Of a DNA stretch of 64,000 nucleotides, positions 58,606 through 64,000 are shown in pieces. The stretch is from positions 1 to 64,000 of the forward strand of contig JBBIRR010000015.1 in NCBI GenBank assembly GCA_037441705.1, given 5' to 3'. The first letter of the stretch is position 1. Every line of letters begins with the position of its first letter. Under the pieces are notes generated by a model, which saw only the letters and a program-made list of their open reading frames with translations, did not search any database and had not been told where the DNA came from. This DNA is from Ignavibacteriales bacterium. Its GTDB lineage: Bacteria > Bacteroidota > Ignavibacteria > UBA10030 > UBA6906. Position numbers and translations under genes: made by a program.

Positions 58606-60027
58606 ATGCTGATGCAGAAGCAGCAGAAACACAACGTACCAAACCGTCCCCAACTCCTGCGCGTCCTCACTCTGCGTGAAGGCATTGCCATTCATGTCGG
58701 GTGTATCATCGGCTCGGGGATTTTTCTCAAGCCTGCCGCCATTGCGGGATATCTCGAAGCGACGGGTCCCATTCTGTTAGTGTGGGTTGTGGCGGGACTC
58801 TTGACGCTCTTCGGGGCGCTGTCGATTGCCGAGCTGAGCGCCGTGCTTCCAGAAACCGGCGGTCCGTATGTTTACCTGCGCGAGAGTTTCGGTCGTGTGT
58901 GGGGCTTTCTGTATAGCTGGAACGACTTCTTCATCAACAAGGCAGGCTCTGCGGCTGCCGTGGCAATCGCGTTCGCCACGTTTGCCGGGCATTTCTTTCC
59001 CGTCCTCGATCCCGATGCGGCATTGTTCCGGACGAGTCTATCCGTCGTCGGTCTCTCGCTCGACGTTGCCGTCGGATGGAATCAGATTGTTGCGATGGGT
59101 GTGATTGCCGTTGTGACGCTTGTGAACGTTCGCGGTGTGCAGTTTGGCGGTTGGGTGATGAACATCTTCACCGCTGCGAAGCTCTTTGCGCTCATCGGGC
59201 TGACTCTTGCTGCGGCGTTTTCGGGCAAGGGAAGTTCATCCAACTTCTTGCCCGTGTGGCCCGAGGAGATCTCGTGGCAATATCTCTCCGCATTCGGTCT
59301 TGCACTCAATTCTGCACTCTGGGCGTATGACGGTTGGATCACCGTCACACTCAACTCCGGCGAGTTTCGCAACCCGAAGCGCGATCTTCCCATCTCACTC
59401 ATTGCAGGAACCCTGATCGTCATCGGCGTGTATCTGGCGGCGAATGCAGCCTTCGCGTACGTCGTTCCTGTGCATCACATGTCCGGCTCGCCGCGCATCG
59501 CCGCGGATGTTGCGGTCATGGTATTGGGACCGGTGGGTGCCTCGCTGATTGTCCTCGGCATCATGTGCTCGACCTTCGGCACAACGAACGGACAGCTCTT
59601 GTCGGGCCCACGCACGTTGTATGCAGGAAGTGCAGACGGTGCCTTCGCGCGGAGGTTCAGCAGAGTGCATCCGCGGTTCCGCACACCTCATGTCGCCATT
59701 ATCACCCTCGGAGTGTGGGCGATGATTCTCACGCTCAGCGGAACCTTCGATCAGATTACCAACTACGTCGTGTTTACGTCGTGGGGCTTCTACGCGTTGA
59801 CAGCTCTTGCGGTGATCGTTCTCCGTAGAAAGATGCCGGACGCCGAACGACCCTACAAAGCGTGGGGCTATCCGTATGCAACACTTGTGTTCGTTGCGGT
59901 CACCGTCTGGTTTCTCTGGAACGTCGCAGTACACGAAACGCGTGATGCAGCAATCGGCGTCGTGCTGCTCATAGCCTCGCTGCCACTATATGTTTATTGG
60001 AGAAGAAAGAACAACACCGTCGAATGA
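58606..60027 (+). CDS. APC-family amino acid permease (LAT/SteT-like)
   Basis: 'IIGSGIF', 'GGPYVYL', 'WAYDGW', 'RPYKAWGYP'. Confidence 0.9.
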   Translation: MLMQKQQKHNVPNRPQLLRVLTLREGIAIHVGCIIGSGIFLKPAAIAGYLEATGPILLVWVVAGLLTLFGALSIAELSAVLPETGGPYVYLRESFGRVWGFLYSWNDFFINKAGSAAAVAIAFATFAGHFFPVLDPDAALFRTSLSVVGLSLDVAVGWNQIVAMGVIAVVTLVNVRGVQFGGWVMNIFTAAKLFALIGLTLAAAFSGKGSSSNFLPVWPEEISWQYLSAFGLALNSALWAYDGWITVTLNSGEFRNPKRDLPISLIAGTLIVIGVYLAANAAFAYVVPVHHMSGSPRIAADVAVMVLGPVGASLIVLGIMCSTFGTTNGQLLSGPRTLYAGSADGAFARRFSRVHPRFRTPHVAIITLGVWAMILTLSGTFDQITNYVVFTSWGFYALTALAVIVLRRKMPDAERPYKAWGYPYATLVFVAVTVWFLWNVAVHETRDAAIGVVLLIASLPLYVYWRRKNNTVE

Positions 60028-60153
60028 GTGGGATGGGTTTGAATCTCGTTCGTGATAGCCGTATTTTGGTTGCAGCGAAAGGAGACTCACGCGTAGCCGG
60101 TTCTCGTTCATCGGTACACGTCGCAAGCTGACGAAGCGTAATCACGAACAAGC

Positions 60154-62427
60154 ATGCCGATTCGGGCACAGCAGTCTATGCCCTCTTCCCCTCCACCCAA
60201 TATTCTTGCTCAATCTGTTCAGTACCTCAAAGGCATCGGCGAGCGAAGATCCGAGATGTTAGCGAAGTACGGCGTAAAAACTCTTCACGATCTGTTCTTG
60301 TACGTCCCGCGTCGCTACATCGACAGGACTTCCGTTGTGAAGATTGCCGAGCTGCGTCGCATCGCCGTTGGTCCCCATCCTCTGCGTGAGGATTCGGTTG
60401 CCGACGTTCAGAAAGACTATACGGTTGTGGGCGACGTTCGCTCGTTCCGTGTGTTCGGCACCGGCGCGAAATCCCGTTTCGTGCTGATCCTCGGCGATGA
60501 GACGGGAACCATGCAGTTGGTATGGTTCGGCGGCGTCAATTACTGGAAGACACGCTTCGCGATTGGAGAGGTATTGGCGGCATCCGGCCAACCCACCACT
60601 TTCGGCGGCAACGTACAGTTTGTCCATCCCGATATTGATAAGATTGGCGAAAAGGCCCTTCTCGAAGAGAAGGAGGAGCCTGTTGACTGGACGAAGACAC
60701 TCAACACGGGTGGGCTGGTGCCGCTGTATCCGTCGGGCAGAGATCTGGAGCGCGTCGGCTTGGATAGCAGCGGCCTGCGGCGGATTCTTGGCCATGCAAT
60801 TCGCGAGCACGGCGAGAGAATTCCTGAAACGTTACCGGCCGCCCTGCTCGCGCGGAGGAATCTCGTTCCGCTGCGTGTGGCGGTTCACCGTGTGCACTTC
60901 CCAAAGACGCACACCGATCTCAACGAGAGTCTGCGGCGTCTGAAGTATGAGGAACTCTTCTATTTCCAGATCAAACTTGCCTTGAAGCGTCATGGCCTCA
61001 AAGCAGATACGCACGGCATCAGCTTCAACATCCACAGCACGCTGGCGCGCCGGTTAGTGGACTCGCTTCCGTTCAGGCTCACGAAAGCGCAAATCCGCGT
61101 CATCAAAGAGATCACGACCGACATGGCATCCCCAAAACCGATGAATCGCCTTCTTCAAGGAGATGTGGGAAGCGGGAAGACGGTTGTTGCGCTCCTTTCG
61201 ATGCTGATTGCGGTGGAGAACGGCTATCAAGCAGTGTTCATGGCGCCTACGGAAATTCTCGCCGAGCAGCACTACAAGACGCTTGTGTCTCTTCTGAAGG
61301 GGATTGACGTCAACGTCCGCTTACTCGTCGGTGCGCAGCGGACAGCACTCCGGCGCGACATTCTGGAGGATGTTCGGCGGGGAACTGCTCAGATTGTGGT
61401 CGGCACGCACGCTTTGTTCGAAAAGGAGGTAGAATTTGCAAACCTCGGTTATGTGGTGATTGATGAGCAGCATCGTTTCGGCGTGCTGCAGCGACAGGCA
61501 CTGCAGAAGAAGGGACGGAACCCCGACGTGCTGGTCATGACGGCAACGCCGATTCCGCGGACGCTTTCGCTCACGATCTACGGCGACCTCGACGTTTCCA
61601 TCATTGACGAATTACCCGAGAATAGGAAACCCATCAAGACACTCTTGCGCTATGAGGAGGAAAAGGAATCAGTGTATCGCTTCGTACGAGAAGAGATTCG
61701 CAAGGGCCGGCAGGCGTATTTTGTGTACCCGCTGGTTGAGGAATCGGAGAAGGTGGATTTGAAAGCGGCGACGATTCATCACGAACATCTGCAGCAGGAC
61801 GTGTTCCCGGATTTGAGGGTCGGTCTTCTGCACGGCCGCATGTCCAGCGATGAGAAAGATGGAGTGATGATGAGATTCAAGAATCGGGAGCTTCACATTC
61901 TCGTGGCAACAACGGTCATCGAGGTGGGGATTGATGTTCCGAACGCGTCGGTGATGGTCATTGAGAATGCGGAGCGGTTTGGGTTGTCGCAGCTTCATCA
62001 ACTGCGCGGGCGGGTGGGACGAGGCTCGGAGCAATCGTATTGCATTCTCCTATCAAAGAAATGGATCGCTGCAAAGGCGAATCGTTTGCCTGCCGATCCC
62101 GTCAAGTGGCAAGACGCGCTGGATGAGCAACGCCTCGCGGAGCGGCGCCTTGCGGCAATGGTGCAGACGAACGACGGTTTCAAGATTGCCGAGATGGATT
62201 TGAAGCTGCGCGGCCCCGGTGATTTCTTCGGCACGCGCCAGAGCGGCATGCCCGAATTCAAAGTCGCCGACATCGTCAGCGACACGCAGCTCCTGGAAGA
62301 AGCGCGCAGCGATGCATTCGAAATCATCGAGCGCGATCCGAAGCTTACGCTGCCCGACCACGCGGTGGTTGCACACACGCTGCGCGCTCTGCATCGCGAA
62401 GCGTTCGCGTTGATGCGTGTCGCGTAA
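60154..62427 (+). CDS. recG: ATP-dependent DNA helicase RecG
   Basis: 'LQGDVGSGKT', 'DEQHRFG', 'TATPIPRT', 'QLRGRVGRG', 'RGPGD'. The start may be 60178. Confidence 0.97.
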   Translation: MPIRAQQSMPSSPPPNILAQSVQYLKGIGERRSEMLAKYGVKTLHDLFLYVPRRYIDRTSVVKIAELRRIAVGPHPLREDSVADVQKDYTVVGDVRSFRVFGTGAKSRFVLILGDETGTMQLVWFGGVNYWKTRFAIGEVLAASGQPTTFGGNVQFVHPDIDKIGEKALLEEKEEPVDWTKTLNTGGLVPLYPSGRDLERVGLDSSGLRRILGHAIREHGERIPETLPAALLARRNLVPLRVAVHRVHFPKTHTDLNESLRRLKYEELFYFQIKLALKRHGLKADTHGISFNIHSTLARRLVDSLPFRLTKAQIRVIKEITTDMASPKPMNRLLQGDVGSGKTVVALLSMLIAVENGYQAVFMAPTEILAEQHYKTLVSLLKGIDVNVRLLVGAQRTALRRDILEDVRRGTAQIVVGTHALFEKEVEFANLGYVVIDEQHRFGVLQRQALQKKGRNPDVLVMTATPIPRTLSLTIYGDLDVSIIDELPENRKPIKTLLRYEEEKESVYRFVREEIRKGRQAYFVYPLVEESEKVDLKAATIHHEHLQQDVFPDLRVGLLHGRMSSDEKDGVMMRFKNRELHILVATTVIEVGIDVPNASVMVIENAERFGLSQLHQLRGRVGRGSEQSYCILLSKKWIAAKANRLPADPVKWQDALDEQRLAERRLAAMVQTNDGFKIAEMDLKLRGPGDFFGTRQSGMPEFKVADIVSDTQLLEEARSDAFEIIERDPKLTLPDHAVVAHTLRALHREAFALMRVA

Positions 62428-62522
62428 ACCTCTCCGAATCCCCGCGCGGACATTTTCAAAATTCTGTCAAGAGGCATCTTGGCAGACACCCTCAAAAATC
62501 TTTTCAAAAATCAAATTATTTC

Positions 62523-62550
62523 TTGACAACGATGCATATTTGTTTATATT
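62523..62550 (+). promoter_or_regulatory. sigma70-type promoter of the ATP-grasp operon
   Basis: TTGACA (62523-62528), 16 bp, TATATT (62545-62550). Confidence 0.55.
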
Positions 62551-62625
62551 TACTTCAGGTTAGCTCGTGTTCAACATCAAGGAGAGTTTCTGGATCCATC
62601 AAAGGACAAGCTTCTGCAGGACCCG

Positions 62626-63765
62626 TTGACTGTTGCGCTCATCTACAATCTCAAAGCAGAAGCTCTCTCTCACCTTGCACCGGTTGCAGGCGACCACTCA
62701 CCGTTAGACTCTCTCTCTCCTGCTTCTCCCGCGGACGTGTCCCGTGAACTTCGCAAACTCCATCGTCAGAAGGATATGTACGCCGAGTGGGACACGGAAG
62801 AAACCATCAACGCCGTTCGTGACGCGATTGCTGAACGCTACAATGTGGTGATGGTTGATGCGAACAACGATGCCTATTCCACCCTCGCTGCGTGTCGCCC
62901 CGATTTTGCATTCAACATGGCAGAGGGGCTGCATGGTGTTTCGCGGGAGTCCCAAATTCCGGCTATCCTCGAAATGCTGCAGATTCCCTATCTCGGTTCC
63001 GATCCGCTGACGCTCGGGATTTGCCTGGACAAGTCGCGCACTAAAGAGATTCTTTCGTATTACAAGATTCCCACGGCCTCCTTCAGCGTTGTGCGGTTGA
63101 TGCAGGACATTGAGAACATTCGCCTGAGATTTCCTGCCATCGTGAAGCCGCTGCATGAAGGCTCCAGCAAAGGGATCTACAACTCCTGCGTGGTGAGTAA
63201 CCCCGAGGAGTTGACGAGCGAAATAAACATCATTCTTGAAACCTACAACCAACCGGCGCTGGTAGAAGATTTTCTGCCGGGCCGCGAGTTTACCGTGGCG
63301 ATTCTCGGCAATGGCAATGACCTTCACGTTCTTCCGATCGTCGAGATCAAGTTCGATGCACTGCCCCCCGGCGTCAAACCCATTTATTCGTATGAAGCGA
63401 AATGGATATGGGATCAGCGGGAGACGCCGTTGGATGTGTTCGAGTGTCCGGCAACGTTAGACGAGACGCTGGCGCACGAAATCACCTCGATTTGCAAGGA
63501 AGCATACCGGGTCCTGAACTGTCGCGACTGGTCGCGCATTGACGTACGCCTTGACGCTCAGGGCAGGCCGAACATTCTCGAAGTCAACCCCCTGCCGGGT
63601 ATCCTGCCCAAGCCGGAGGATAACTCCTGCTTTCCCAAGGCCGCGCGTGCAGCGGGCATCTCCTATCATCAACTCATCAACACCGTGCTCGATATCGCTA
63701 TGAGGCGGTGCGGCATACTGCCGATAACTCAAGAGACGGTTCGAACATCCGCGTTAGCTCGGTAA
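62626..63765 (+). CDS. D-Ala-D-Ala-ligase-like ATP-grasp protein (non-canonical)
   Basis: 'FNMAEG', 'LDKS', 'VKP..EGSSKGI', 'GREFT', 'SRID', 'LEVNPLPG'. Confidence 0.85.
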   Translation: MTVALIYNLKAEALSHLAPVAGDHSPLDSLSPASPADVSRELRKLHRQKDMYAEWDTEETINAVRDAIAERYNVVMVDANNDAYSTLAACRPDFAFNMAEGLHGVSRESQIPAILEMLQIPYLGSDPLTLGICLDKSRTKEILSYYKIPTASFSVVRLMQDIENIRLRFPAIVKPLHEGSSKGIYNSCVVSNPEELTSEINIILETYNQPALVEDFLPGREFTVAILGNGNDLHVLPIVEIKFDALPPGVKPIYSYEAKWIWDQRETPLDVFECPATLDETLAHEITSICKEAYRVLNCRDWSRIDVRLDAQGRPNILEVNPLPGILPKPEDNSCFPKAARAAGISYHQLINTVLDIAMRRCGILPITQETVRTSALAR

Positions 63766-63802
63766 CGTGGCGTCCACCGCATTCACCATCAACGGAGACC
63801 GT

Positions 63803-64000
63803 ATGAGGAAAAAGCTTCGGATTGCGATCTTGTACAATGAGCCGGTTGTCGGAACGGAACCAAGCCGGAAGTATATCTCGGAAAATGGAAAGCTTCAGGA
63901 AGAGCCTGCCGTTGTTGCGCATGAGCGGAAGCGGCGGATGAGTGCAATACCCGCCGGAGTTGATCTGAGCGAGATCGGCGTTGTGGAGGAGATGGAGGAT
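63803..64000 (+). CDS. Second Ddl-like ATP-grasp protein, N-terminal part (runs off the window)
   Basis: GGAG RBS; open to the window end: MRKKLRIAILYNEP...DLSEIGVVEEMED. 'IAILYN' mirrors 'VALIYN' of the upstream gene. Confidence 0.6.
   Translation, partial: MRKKLRIAILYNEPVVGTEPSRKYISENGKLQEEPAVVAHERKRRMSAIPAGVDLSEIGVVEEMED

Noticed and set aside
1-64000. tRNA, rRNA, known riboswitches, prophage genes
   Set aside because: None recognised by eye; a covariance-model scan would be needed to exclude divergent RNAs.

Overview
Mostly housekeeping chromosome from a GC-rich, diderm member of the Bacteroidota-Chlorobi-Ignavibacteria (FCB) group. The lineage is inferred from the T9SS C-terminal motif 'LSQNYPNPFNPST', the lpxB/lpxK genes and the overall protein styles. 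Core genes include a split metH, sppA, P5C dehydrogenase, sucC, gatB, tpiA, smc, lpxB, lpxK, ppdK, queA, ispD, plsY, gpsA, hppA and recG. The accessory zone is about 1-16 kb and has three parts. (i) An apparent chimeric junction at about 950, where a native terminator and promoter run into a headless, foreign-looking Ig-like gene. (ii) A roughly 650-bp non-coding composite (4967-5613) bounded by ~90-bp direct repeats and packed with nested stems and several REP-like hairpin families. (iii) A complete 4-hydroxyproline catabolic gene set plus a prolidase, with a different accessory cassette after each of four successive host genes: an IS200/RAYT-like Y1 transposase with REP hairpins, a frameshifted DUF4258/DUF2283 TA-like pair, an ABC-ATPase plus Toprim-like (DUF4276) candidate defence pair, and an AAA_14/DUF4143 ATPase with tandem palindromic operators. 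Several enzyme-like genes appear to have lost catalytic residues (GH2-membrane fusion, MtnX-like HAD, GHL10, CxxS redoxin). No CRISPR array, rRNA or tRNA was recognised. All family assignments come from recognising motifs by eye, not from database searches.
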